Shown here one piece after another: positions 10,242-19,365 of a DNA stretch of 37,011 bases; the stretch's first letter is position 1, and each line of letters opens with the position of its first letter. This DNA is from an uncultured Rhodospirillaceae bacterium (GTDB taxonomy: Bacteria; Pseudomonadota; Alphaproteobacteria; Rhodospirillales; UBA2165): the NCBI GenBank assembly GCA_964493945.1, contig CAZBQG010000005.1:1127-38137 (forward strand), read 5' to 3'. A model generated the notes under the pieces. The model was not told the origin of the DNA. It saw only the letters and a program-made list of their open reading frames with translations, and ran no database searches. Made by a program: the position numbers and the translations under genes.

Positions 10242-11118
10242 TATTCTGAACCTGTTCGCGGAATTGCTCGACCAACGCCTTGATCTCCAGGCCGATGCGG
10301 GTGATTTCCATATCTGCTGCCTTGGAGCAAATGGTGTTGGCTTCCCGGTTGAATTCCTGGCAAAGAAAATCCAGACGCCGTCCGATGGCGCCTTCTTCGG
10401 CCAAAAGGGCCCGCGCCCCTTCCAGATGGGATTGCAGCCGGTCCAGTTCCTCGCGCATATCGGCCTTGGTCATGAGCAGGGCGGCTTCCTGCGCCAGGCG
10501 TTCTTCCGATAATTTCGGGCGGTCTTCCATAAGCTCCGCGATCTGGTGGGCCAGGCGCTGGCGGATGGCGTCTGGCTGCAGGGCGGCGGCGCATCCGGCC
10601 TCGGCGCAGGCCCGGGCGAGGTCATCCATCTGTTGGGTGAGAACCATACCAATGCGCCCGCCCTCCTCGCCCCGCGCCTGGGCCAGATCGCTAAGCATCT
10701 CGCCAAGGGTCGCCTTCATGGCTGAAACCAAATCCTTATCGGAGGCCAGGTCCTCGTCTTCATCGGAGAATTCAATCACGCCCCGGACACCCAGCAGCCC
10801 ATCCAGGCGTGGCTTTTCCAGGCTGGGACTGTCCAGTTCACCGGCGATTTCGATCAAACCGTCAAGCAATTCCCGGTTGACCTGATATTGTTTTTTGCCT
10901 TCGGTCTGTTTGAGGGTCAGGGCCAGGGAGATATTGCCCCGCTTGAATGCCTTGCCGGCCATCTTGCGCGCCTCGATTTCCAGCTCTTCGAAGCCGTGGG
11001 GCAGGCGGGTACGGATATCCAGCCCCTTTCCATTGACGCTTTTTGCTTCCCAGCTCCAGGACAGCTTTTCATTGGCTCCGCCCGAACGGGCAAAGCCGGT
11101 CATGCTGGCAATACTCAC
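10234..11118 (-). CDS. yicC: YicC/YloC family endoribonuclease
   Basis: SMTGFAR, GRRLDFLCQEFNREANTICSK, REQVQNIE. GTG start at 11118 with GAGG upstream. Confidence 0.95.
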   Translation of the reverse strand: MSIASMTGFARSGGANEKLSWSWEAKSVNGKGLDIRTRLPHGFEELEIEARKMAGKAFKRGNISLALTLKQTEGKKQYQVNRELLDGLIEIAGELDSPSLEKPRLDGLLGVRGVIEFSDEDEDLASDKDLVSAMKATLGEMLSDLAQARGEEGGRIGMVLTQQMDDLARACAEAGCAAALQPDAIRQRLAHQIAELMEDRPKLSEERLAQEAALLMTKADMREELDRLQSHLEGARALLAEEGAIGRRLDFLCQEFNREANTICSKAADMEITRIGLEIKALVEQFREQVQNIE

Positions 11119-11147
11119 GATAGACCTCTGCACAGTTGGCTGGGAAT

Positions 11148-11176
11148 GTTATAACCTCGCACCCAGAGCGCAACAA
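11148..11176 (-). promoter_or_regulatory. Putative sigma70 promoter for yicC-gmk (TTGTTG-N17-TATAAC)
   Basis: Minus-strand reading of 11176-11148. The -10 lies in palindromic GTTATAAC. Confidence 0.45.
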
Positions 11177-11198
11177 GCGGCGGAGCGGACAAAGGATC

Positions 11199-11960
11199 AT
11201 GGCTGGCGAATTGAAACGCTCCATTCTGATCACCGGGGCCTCCAGCGGCATCGGCGAAGCCCTGGCCCTGGCTTATGCCGGGCCGGGTTGTTTCCTGGCC
11301 CTGGGCGGGCGGGACGCGGCCAGGCTGAAGGCGGTAGCCGAGGCTTGCCGTAAATTGGGCGCCGACGTGGATGCCAAGCCTGTCAATGTTGCGGATGGGG
11401 CAGCCATGAAAGATTGGATCACATCGCTTGATCAGGCCCATCCCTTTGATCTGATCATCGCCAATGCGGGGATCACCACTGATACCAGGGGTGATGCAGG
11501 CGATGCGGGCGATGCGATTTTGCAGATCAACGTGCAAGGTGTGCGCAATAGTGTGGAGCCGTTGATCCCGACCATGCGGGGGCGGGGCAGAGGCCAGATC
11601 GCGCTGGTCAGTTCCCTGGCCGGCTACCGGGGAATGCCCAGTGCGCCGGCCTATAGCGCGTCCAAAGCCTGGGTCAAGAGCTGGGGTGAGGCATTGCGCG
11701 GCTCTCTTTACGGTGACGGCATCCGGGTATCGGTCATCTGTCCGGGCTTCGTGGTCAGCCATATCACGGACACCAACCATTTTGCCATGCCCCTGATCAT
11801 GGATGCAAAACGCGCAGCGCGTATCATTATGCGCGGGCTGGACCGCAAGCAGGCCCAAATCGCCTTTCCCTACCGGCTTCATTTTTTGATGTGGCTGCTA
11901 GCCGCTTTGCCGCCCGTGCTGACCGACCGCCTGTTCCGGGGAATGCCCAGCAAGGAATAG
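11199..11960 (+). CDS. Classical short-chain dehydrogenase/reductase
   Basis: TGASSGIG, ANAG, catalytic S..YSASK, PGFV. ATG 11199 with AAGGA RBS. Confidence 0.92.
   Translation: MAGELKRSILITGASSGIGEALALAYAGPGCFLALGGRDAARLKAVAEACRKLGADVDAKPVNVADGAAMKDWITSLDQAHPFDLIIANAGITTDTRGDAGDAGDAILQINVQGVRNSVEPLIPTMRGRGRGQIALVSSLAGYRGMPSAPAYSASKAWVKSWGEALRGSLYGDGIRVSVICPGFVVSHITDTNHFAMPLIMDAKRAARIIMRGLDRKQAQIAFPYRLHFLMWLLAALPPVLTDRLFRGMPSKE
11490..11516 (+). repeat. 9-nt x3 in-frame tandem repeat (GDAGDAGDA) in the SDR
   Basis: GGTGATGCA-GGCGATGCG-GGCGATGCG. Confidence 0.75.
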
Positions 11961-11961
11961 A

Positions 11962-12936
11962 TTATTTTTTGGCCCGCAGTTTGCGCCAGCGGGCAACGTT
12001 GCGGTTATGCTCCTTGAGGCTGCGGGCAAAGACATGTCCGCCGCTGCCATCGGCGACGAAATAAAGGTCACTGGAGAATGCGGGCCGGACGGCCGCCTGC
12101 AGGGCGGTGCGCCCTGGATTGCTGATAGGAGTAGGGGGCAGCCCCTTGATCATATAGGTGTTGAACGGGCTGGGCCGGGCCAGATCGCTCCGGTTGAGGG
12201 GCCGGCCCAAAGGTCCGTTGCCCGAGGTAAGCCCGTAGGCCACGGTGGGGTCAGATTGCAAACGCATGCCCTGGCGCAAACGGTTGATGAAAACCGCCGC
12301 CACATGGGCCCGTTCGTCGGCCCGTCCCGTTTCCTTTTCGATGATTGATGCCAAAATCAAGACCTGGCGCGCATCAGCCAGGGGAAGATTGGGCGCCCGG
12401 CTCCGCCAGCCGCGCTCCAATGCCTCATCCATGGCCTTTTGCATGCGCTGGATCAGCTCGTCCCGTTTGTCGCCATAGGAAAAATGATAGGTTTCAGGCA
12501 ACAGGGATCCTTCCCTGGGCACCCCATGTACCCGTCCGCTCAGCCCTTCGGTTTCGGCCAGCTGGCTTAGGATTTCGGCCACGGTCAGACCTTCGGCGAT
12601 GGTCAGGCGGCGCACCACGTTGCGCCCTTCCTGCAGGGCTTTCATGGCGTCTTGGGCTGTCAACTTGGCAGGAAATTCAAATTCGCCCGCGCGCAAGGGC
12701 TTTTCCGCTTCAAGGGTGCGCGCCACAAGGCGGAAAACCAGGGGTGACGAGATCACCCCTTTTTTGGCCAGAAGATCGGCAATGCCCTCAATGCCCATGC
12801 CCTTGGGTATGACAATGACCATGGATTGCGACGATGGTCCGGGCAGCAAAAACTGGGCATAGACCCAGAAGGAAGTGGCTCCAAGCCCAACGAAAAGGAC
12901 CGCGAAGAGGAAACCAAACCACCTCAGAACCCGCAA
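11962..12936 (-). CDS. mltG: Endolytic transglycosylase MltG
   Basis: N-terminal TM, EGSLLPETY, LASIIEKE, LQSDPT, GLPPTPISNPG. TTG start with GGGAGG RBS. Confidence 0.95.
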   Translation of the reverse strand: MRVLRWFGFLFAVLFVGLGATSFWVYAQFLLPGPSSQSMVIVIPKGMGIEGIADLLAKKGVISSPLVFRLVARTLEAEKPLRAGEFEFPAKLTAQDAMKALQEGRNVVRRLTIAEGLTVAEILSQLAETEGLSGRVHGVPREGSLLPETYHFSYGDKRDELIQRMQKAMDEALERGWRSRAPNLPLADARQVLILASIIEKETGRADERAHVAAVFINRLRQGMRLQSDPTVAYGLTSGNGPLGRPLNRSDLARPSPFNTYMIKGLPPTPISNPGRTALQAAVRPAFSSDLYFVADGSGGHVFARSLKEHNRNVARWRKLRAKK

Positions 12937-12951
12937 CCCGGCCTCCCGGGT

Positions 12952-14211
12952 TCAGTCGTGCCGGGCCAGGATCAGCGACGCGTTGGTTCCGCCAAAGCCG
13001 AAGGAATTGGATAAGGCGATGCGTACGTCGCGCTCCTGGGCCTCATGAGCGATAAGGTTGAGATCGCATCCCGGTGATGGATTATCCAGATTAAGTGTGG
13101 GCGGAACCACGCCATCGCGGATGGCCAGGATACAGAAAATCGCTTCCACCGCGCCCGCCGCACCCAGCAAATGGCCGATGGCCGACTTGGTCGACGACAT
13201 GGCCAGCTTATCCGCCGCCGCACCGAAAAGCCGCTTTACCGCGCCCAGCTCTATTTCATCGCCGAGCGGCGTCGAGGTGCCATGGGCGTTGATGTAATTC
13301 ACATCCTCGGGTGCAATTTCCGCCCGCTTCAGTGCGGCCTGCATGGAACGTAACCCGCCGCTGCCATCTTCGGCCGGGGCCGTGATGTGATGGGCGTCCC
13401 CCGACATGCCATAGCCGATGATCTCGGCATAGATTTTGGCGCGCCGTTTTTTGGCGTGTTCCAATTCTTCCAGCACGACGATGCCCGCGCCTTCGCCGAT
13501 GACGAAGCCGTCCCGCTCCTCATCCCAAGGGCGGGAGGCCTTTTCCGGAGTATCGTTAAAATGGGTCGACAATGCCTTGGCCTGGGCAAAACCCGCCACG
13601 CCCAAGCGGCAGATGGCGGCTTCCGCGCCGCCCGCAATCATCACATCGGCGTCGTCCCACATGATCAGGCGCGCCGCATCCCCGATGGCGTGGGTGCCTG
13701 ATGCGCAAGCCGTGACGATGGCCGAATTGGGCCCCTTGAAGCCGTATTTGATGGCCGCCTGGCCGGAAACCAGATTGATCAGGCTGGCCGGGATGAAAAA
13801 GGGGCTGAGCTTGCGTGCATTTTTATCGACAGTAAGGGCGCTATCCTCGATGCGGGGCAGGCCGCCTATCCCTGAGCCGATCATCATGCCGGTCCGCTCC
13901 CGGCTTTCTTCATCTTCCGGCATCCAGCCCGCATCCTCCACCGCGAACTGGGTCGCGGCCAGTCCATAGAGGATAAAGTCATCGATTCGCCTAAGCTCCT
14001 TGGTGGTGGCGAAATCTTCCACATTGAAGCTGTCGGGGGCGCCTGAGTTCTTCGGAACCCGGGCGGCTATTTTGGCGGGGATGTCCGAGACGTCGAATTC
14101 GGTGATCGGGCCGACGCCCGATTGGCCATCGATCAGCCTTTTCCAACTGGGCTCAGTACCGCTGGCCAGCGGTGTAACGAGACCTAAACCTGTGACGACA
14201 ACACGTCTCAT
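12952..14211 (-). CDS. fabF: Beta-ketoacyl-ACP synthase II
   Basis: MRRVVVTGLG, TACASG, NAHGTSTP, GHLLGAAG, NSFGFGG. Confidence 0.97.
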   Translation of the reverse strand: MRRVVVTGLGLVTPLASGTEPSWKRLIDGQSGVGPITEFDVSDIPAKIAARVPKNSGAPDSFNVEDFATTKELRRIDDFILYGLAATQFAVEDAGWMPEDEESRERTGMMIGSGIGGLPRIEDSALTVDKNARKLSPFFIPASLINLVSGQAAIKYGFKGPNSAIVTACASGTHAIGDAARLIMWDDADVMIAGGAEAAICRLGVAGFAQAKALSTHFNDTPEKASRPWDEERDGFVIGEGAGIVVLEELEHAKKRRAKIYAEIIGYGMSGDAHHITAPAEDGSGGLRSMQAALKRAEIAPEDVNYINAHGTSTPLGDEIELGAVKRLFGAAADKLAMSSTKSAIGHLLGAAGAVEAIFCILAIRDGVVPPTLNLDNPSPGCDLNLIAHEAQERDVRIALSNSFGFGGTNASLILARHD

Positions 14212-14246
14212 TGGGACCACCTGGGCGGCTTATCTACCCCGGACGG

Positions 14247-14266
14247 GCCGGCAATCCGATGCCGGC
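14247..14266. terminator. Stem-loop between acpP and fabF (partial terminator or mRNA stabiliser)
   Basis: GCCGGCA-ATCCGA-TGCCGGC; no strong U-tract. Confidence 0.4.
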
Positions 14267-14288
14267 AACGAAGTAAAAGCGGCGGTAA

Positions 14289-14525
14289 TCAGGAGTTCTG
14301 GGCCGAGAGAAAATCGACCGCATCCTTGACCGTCAAAATCTTTTCAGCGTCCTCATCGGGTATCTCACAGCCAAATTCTTCCTCGAAAGCCATTACCAGT
14401 TCGACCGTGTCCAAACTGTCCGCTCCCAGGTCATCTATGAAGGCGGCCTTTTTGGTCACCTTGTCCTCATCGACGCCCAGATGTTCGACAATGATACTTT
14501 TAACACGCTCGGCTATATCGCTCAT
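14289..14525 (-). CDS. acpP: Acyl carrier protein
   Basis: [20 protein letters not shown]. Confidence 0.98.
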   Translation of the reverse strand: MSDIAERVKSIIVEHLGVDEDKVTKKAAFIDDLGADSLDTVELVMAFEEEFGCEIPDEDAEKILTVKDAVDFLSAQNS

Positions 14526-14677
14526 TCGGATGTTCCTTAGGTCAAATTCAGTTGGTTGGTGTTAATCAAACAGGCGGAACTGAGCTTCCCAACGGCTCCG
14601 CCGGAGGCTTACGTAACACACTTTTTTTGGATTAGCCAGCGCCTGTTTTTGGCGCCCGGACCGCTTCATTTCAGCGC

Positions 14678-15415
14678 TCATATCATGGCCATTCCGCCAT
14701 TCACATGGAGGGTCTGACCGGTGATGTAGGCGGCCTCCGGGCTGGCCAGAAAAACAGCGGAAGCGGCCACATCCCCGGGCGTACCCAGGTCACCTGAGGG
14801 GATATTGCCCAAAAGTGCAGTCTTTTGATCCTCGTTCAGCCCATCGGTCATGGGGGTTGCGATGAAGCCGGGCGCGATGCAATTGACCGTGATGCCCCTG
14901 GACGCGACCTCGCCCGCCAGGGCCTTGGAATAGCCGATCATGCCGGCCTTGGAGGCGGCGTAATTGGCTTGGCCCGGATTGCCCGTGACGCCGACAATCG
15001 AAGTGATTCCGATGATCCGCCCCCAGCGCTGTTTCATCATGCCCCGCAGCACGGCCTGGGCAAGCTTGAAGCCCGCCGTCAGGTTGACTTCCAGCACGTC
15101 CCGCCAATCCTCATCCTTGAGCCGCATGGCCAGCCCGTCCCGCGTCAGGCCCGCATTATTGACCAATATATCGACCCCGCCCATGGCCGCCTCGCAACCC
15201 ACGAGGATGTCCTTGGGCCCATCACCGTCGCCGAGATCGAAGACCAGGGGATGTGCCTTTTCTCCCAGATCGCCTGCCAACGCGTCGAGCGCCTCGATGC
15301 GCCGGCCGCTGAGGGCCACTTCGGCGCCCTGGCCATGCAGCGCCCTGGCGATGGCCCCGCCGATGCCGCCCGATGCCCCGGTCACCAGGGCGCGTTTTCC
15401 GCTCAGATCGAACAT
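14678..15415 (-). CDS. fabG: 3-oxoacyl-ACP reductase
   Basis: TGASGGIG, NNAGLTRDGL, GQANYAASK, LHVNGGM; lies between fabD and acpP. Confidence 0.97.
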   Translation of the reverse strand: MFDLSGKRALVTGASGGIGGAIARALHGQGAEVALSGRRIEALDALAGDLGEKAHPLVFDLGDGDGPKDILVGCEAAMGGVDILVNNAGLTRDGLAMRLKDEDWRDVLEVNLTAGFKLAQAVLRGMMKQRWGRIIGITSIVGVTGNPGQANYAASKAGMIGYSKALAGEVASRGITVNCIAPGFIATPMTDGLNEDQKTALLGNIPSGDLGTPGDVAASAVFLASPEAAYITGQTLHVNGGMAMI

Positions 15416-15427
15416 GCTCCCGCTCCG

Positions 15428-16369
15428 TCAGATATCTTTAAGAAATGCCTCAATGTCTTCCGCTGATTGGACGGAAATGCTGTTTATTTCCCTATCGATT
15501 CGCCGGGTTAGGCCGGTCAATACCTTGCCAGCACCTAGTTCCACCAGTGTGTCCACGCCGCGTTCTTTCATATCCAGCACCGATTCCCGCCAGCGCACCA
15601 TGGCCGTCACCTGTTCCACCAACAGGCGCCTGATCTCGCCGGGCTCGCTTTCTTCCCCGGCGGTTACATTGGCGATCAGGGGCACGGCGGGCGCCATGAT
15701 TTCCGTCTCACCCAGGACCGTCTCCATGACCCGGGCGGCGGGCTCCATCAGGGCGCAATGGAAGGGCGCGCTGACCGGCAATTGAATGGCGCGTTTTGCC
15801 CCTTTTTCAGAGGCGATCTCCAGGGCCTTCTCGATGGCCTCGGTGGCGCCACTGATGACGATCTGGCCCGTCGCATTGTCATTGGCCGCATCGCACACGC
15901 CCACCTCGCGGGCCCCTTCGCAGACCTCCTGGACGGCGTCCATATCCAGGCCCAGAAGGGCGGCCATGGCGCCTGCGCCAATGGGTACGGCTTCCTGCAT
16001 GGCCTGGCCACGGGTTTTAAGAATGCGGGCCGCTGTGGTGAATTCAAAGGCGCCGGCGGCGGTCAGGGCGGAATATTCCCCCAACGAGTGCCCCGCCACG
16101 CAATCGGCGGATGCCTGCAGATTCATATTACCGTCCTCGGTCAAAATGCGGAACACGGCCAGGCTGACCGCCATCAGGGCGGGCTGGGCGTTTTCGGTCT
16201 TTTGCAGCTCGTCTTCGGGCCCTTGAAACATCAAGCGGGTGAGGTTCTGTTTCAGCGCTTCGTCCATCTCCTCGAACAAAAGCTTTGCCGTCTGGAATGC
16301 CTGGGCCAGTTCCTGGCCCATGCCAACGTTTTGGGAACCCTGTCCCGGAAAAATGAAGGATCGTGTCAT
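15428..16369 (-). CDS. fabD: Malonyl-CoA:ACP transacylase
   Basis: FPGQGSQ, GHSLGEYSA, VSAPFHC. Confidence 0.97.
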   Translation of the reverse strand: MTRSFIFPGQGSQNVGMGQELAQAFQTAKLLFEEMDEALKQNLTRLMFQGPEDELQKTENAQPALMAVSLAVFRILTEDGNMNLQASADCVAGHSLGEYSALTAAGAFEFTTAARILKTRGQAMQEAVPIGAGAMAALLGLDMDAVQEVCEGAREVGVCDAANDNATGQIVISGATEAIEKALEIASEKGAKRAIQLPVSAPFHCALMEPAARVMETVLGETEIMAPAVPLIANVTAGEESEPGEIRRLLVEQVTAMVRWRESVLDMKERGVDTLVELGAGKVLTGLTRRIDREINSISVQSAEDIEAFLKDI

Positions 16370-16407
16370 GGTCTGGTAATTTCCTCCCCCTCTGTGAGGT
16401 GTGTCCA

Positions 16408-16435
16408 GTCATACAAGCTGGCCCCCGCCTGTCAA
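16408..16435 (-). promoter_or_regulatory. Putative sigma70 promoter of the fab operon (TTGACA-N16-TATGAC)
   Basis: Perfect -35 hexamer 8 nt past the stop codon of the upstream molybdoenzyme gene; GGAGG RBS follows. Confidence 0.5.
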
Positions 16436-16442
16436 GTAGGGC

Positions 16443-19163
16443 TCAAAGCGGTCTGATCCCGGCCTTGACCATGTCGTTGGTCGCCCCCATGCCGTCGGTG
16501 GTATCCATCAGCATGGGCACCAGATCGTTGAGGCTGGCCCGTTCCTTGTCCTTGGCCAGGGGCATTTTCCAATGGCCGAACTGGCCCAGCAGGATGAGCA
16601 CGTCCGGGCGCACGCCCTGGCGCGGACGGGCCCAGGTCCGGGTGGTGCCCAAGGGCGAGGCCAGCTCGATCATCTGGCCGTCACGGATGCCCATCTCGGT
16701 GGCTACGCTTGAGTTGATCATCACGCCGTCCTGGCCTTTGACATTTTCCGCCACCTCGTTGATCAGGGGGATGGTCAGGTTGGAGCCCCCCGAATATTGC
16801 ATGCTCCGGGCGCTCAACAGCCAGAAGGGATAATCCTTTATATCCACATTGTAATTCCGCTCCAGGGCCTCTTCCCAAAGTTTGCACACATCAACCCAAT
16901 GGGGCAGGGCCTGATATTCCTCCAATTGCCGGTCCCACCAATGGGCGCCGGTCTCGTGCAGGCGCCGGGCCAGCTCAATCCCGATGCGCCGGAACCGCTC
17001 CTGATAGGGCAATTCAAAACGCAGCCCCAGTTCCACCATTTTGGGATAGAGATACCAGTTCAGCCGGGGATAAGGGCCGGTCATGAAGCCGTTCTGTTTG
17101 AACCAGTCCAGACCGTTATCTTGCTTGCCATCCGTCAAAAACGCGCTGGCAGCGCGGCAGGCCGCGTTCCAGATTTCATCCACGCCATGGTCTTTTTCCG
17201 GATCCAGTGAGAAATCGAAATCATGGGTCTTGAGCGGGATGGCGCCCAGCACACCGGCATTAATTTGCTCGAAATAGGCCTGGCTCAGCCCGGTGCGTTT
17301 GGCCAATTCGGTGGCGATCCAGGTGAAATCCCTGGCCTCGCCTTCGGGCTCGATCACGGCCTGGCGCAGCGCCCAGCCATGGGATTGCCAGAATTGTTCC
17401 TCGCCGCAGGTGCCGCCGATATGGATCAACTGGATGCTTTCAAGCTCGATGGCTTCGGGCAAAAGCAGATCGGCGAAATGGTTGGTCTCGTCCAGTGTAA
17501 AGGCAAAGGCGGCGATGAAGGGCATCTCGGCCATGCTTTCCATCAGCCGGCTGGTTTCGGAAAATGAAATCAACGGATTGGCCCGGAGAATGAACCACAA
17601 ATCCGGCGGGTTGGGCTTGGGCCAGGTTTCGGCGGCCCGGCCCTGGAGGCGCATCCAGGACAAGGTCATGGGCCCAAGATTTTGCGAATAAAACGTATCG
17701 GCGACCATGGGTAAAAGCGTTGAGTAGGCATGCCGAGTCTCGGGTGTCGCGATCCAATCTTCCTTGCTGGTGGGGTTGAAGGGATAATCCATCAGTCCGT
17801 CGGGGCCTGCACTGACCGAATCCACACGCTCAAAAGGCGGCGTATTGATCAGCAGGGCGCCGCCCAAAAGACCACCCGGCACCTCCAGGGCACCCACCAG
17901 ACTGACCAGCATGGTCTGGCCCCAGATGCATTCATAGGCACCCCAGCCATTATTGACGCCGCGCCCGACCATGACCGCGACGGGGCGCAAGGGAAGCGTC
18001 TGGCCATCAACTTCGGTTGTCTCACCGATCCGCGCATGGGCCAGGAATTCCCGGGCGATGCGCCTGATGGTGCCGGCCGGAACGTCGCTGATAGTTTCGG
18101 CCCATTCCGGCGTATGGGGCGCCAAATGTCCTTTCATTTTGGAAAATGCCGTCTCTCCGGTGACGCCCGTGTGTTCCCAGATATCATCATCGGCGCCCAG
18201 CTCAATGGCGCCGGGAACCATAAAGCTGCCGGTGAGCCCAGGCTCCGCCCCTTCGGTATCATAGGGCACGGCCTGTTTAGCGCCAGCGTCCCAAATGAGC
18301 GGCTTGCGGCTAACCGTGTCGCGCAGATAAAACCCGTTTGGCCCCACCAGATAGGGGGAGCTTGTCCGGTCTCTTATAAAATCCACATCCAGTTGGGCCA
18401 GATTGCATTCATGGAGCAATACGTTCAGCAGCGCGAACATCACCGCCGAATCCGTATTGGGCCGGATGGGCACCCATTCGGTGGCCGTCGCCCCGGTGAC
18501 CGATAATTGAGGCTCGAACTGGATTTTTTTGGCGCCTCTGGCCAGGGCATCGGCGTGGCGACTGACTCCGGTGACGCCGCCTGCCGCATTGGTGTTCTTG
18601 CCAAACGCCAGCACGTAATCGCAGGTGGGCGCATCCATGGTGGTCATGAAGGCCCGGTGCCACAATTCGCCGAAGACATGTTCGGAATGATTGCATTTGG
18701 CCGTGCCGCCGGCGCCCAGGCTCTTATCCACCGGCCCCCATGCATCCAGATATGACAGAAAGGTCCCCATATAACGGAATGCCGTGCCCGCCGATCCGGT
18801 GGTCAGGGCAACCCGTGGATTGCCGTGTTCGTCGCGTTTGCCCTGGCTTTTGATATGGTTGAGCTTGCCGGCCAGCATATCCAGCGCCTCGTCCCAGCCT
18901 ATCTCCTCCCAGCCTGGATCAACGTCGCGCCCCTTGGCCGGGTTGGTCCGCTTCATGGGTTTGAGAATACGGTTGGGATCGTAAAGCTTCTGGATCTGGC
19001 CATAGGGTTTGACGCAAATTTTGCCATCGGCGGGCGCCTCGCCCATGAGATCGAAATTGGGCTCGATGCCCGTGGCCACCCCGTCCACCACTTCGACCTT
19101 CATGATGTCCGGGCCGTTGACGCATTGGCAGCAATAGGTGGAAAGCAGCCTGCGTTCGCTCAT
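16443..19163 (-). CDS. DMSO-reductase-superfamily molybdoenzyme catalytic subunit, PadB-like (phenylacetyl-CoA:acceptor oxidoreductase family)
   Basis: ATG 19163 with AAGGGA RBS. TYCCQCVNGPD..ICVK, PMKRTNPAKGR..DPGW, KCNHSEHVFGELWHRAF, WVPIRPNTD, C-terminal YPFWLLSARSMQY..GQFGHW. No Tat signal. Confidence 0.85.
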   Translation of the reverse strand: MSERRLLSTYCCQCVNGPDIMKVEVVDGVATGIEPNFDLMGEAPADGKICVKPYGQIQKLYDPNRILKPMKRTNPAKGRDVDPGWEEIGWDEALDMLAGKLNHIKSQGKRDEHGNPRVALTTGSAGTAFRYMGTFLSYLDAWGPVDKSLGAGGTAKCNHSEHVFGELWHRAFMTTMDAPTCDYVLAFGKNTNAAGGVTGVSRHADALARGAKKIQFEPQLSVTGATATEWVPIRPNTDSAVMFALLNVLLHECNLAQLDVDFIRDRTSSPYLVGPNGFYLRDTVSRKPLIWDAGAKQAVPYDTEGAEPGLTGSFMVPGAIELGADDDIWEHTGVTGETAFSKMKGHLAPHTPEWAETISDVPAGTIRRIAREFLAHARIGETTEVDGQTLPLRPVAVMVGRGVNNGWGAYECIWGQTMLVSLVGALEVPGGLLGGALLINTPPFERVDSVSAGPDGLMDYPFNPTSKEDWIATPETRHAYSTLLPMVADTFYSQNLGPMTLSWMRLQGRAAETWPKPNPPDLWFILRANPLISFSETSRLMESMAEMPFIAAFAFTLDETNHFADLLLPEAIELESIQLIHIGGTCGEEQFWQSHGWALRQAVIEPEGEARDFTWIATELAKRTGLSQAYFEQINAGVLGAIPLKTHDFDFSLDPEKDHGVDEIWNAACRAASAFLTDGKQDNGLDWFKQNGFMTGPYPRLNWYLYPKMVELGLRFELPYQERFRRIGIELARRLHETGAHWWDRQLEEYQALPHWVDVCKLWEEALERNYNVDIKDYPFWLLSARSMQYSGGSNLTIPLINEVAENVKGQDGVMINSSVATEMGIRDGQMIELASPLGTTRTWARPRQGVRPDVLILLGQFGHWKMPLAKDKERASLNDLVPMLMDTTDGMGATNDMVKAGIRPL

Positions 19164-19209
19164 GGGGCAATCCCTTCTAACATGGCCCCAGTCTAACACA
19201 TCTCGTCTT

Positions 19210-19362
19210 GCCGTGCAGGATGTCTGGCACACCAAGAAGCACCCGTTTTTTGCCAAAATGGCCTAAGGTGCTCTCGATATACGGGCCATGGGGATTTACA
19301 TGGCCCAGCATTATAAATTCGTCGAATTCGTGCTGCCCAAGGCCGGACTGGCGGAATCCTGA
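19210..19362 (+). pseudogene. Remnant of a TenA/PqqC-like (heme-oxygenase-fold) gene
   Basis: Reads AVQDVWHTKKHPFFAKMA*GALDIRAMGIYMAQHYKFVEFVLPKAGLAES* with internal TAA at 19264-19266. Confidence 0.5.
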
Positions 19363-19365
19363 TCC

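Noticed and set aside
19164-19256. Cys-rich N-terminal extension with RR on the Mo enzyme, as a possible Tat signal
   Set aside because: No hydrophobic core after RR. A good RBS precedes ATG 19163, and the region overlaps the opposite-strand gene remnant.
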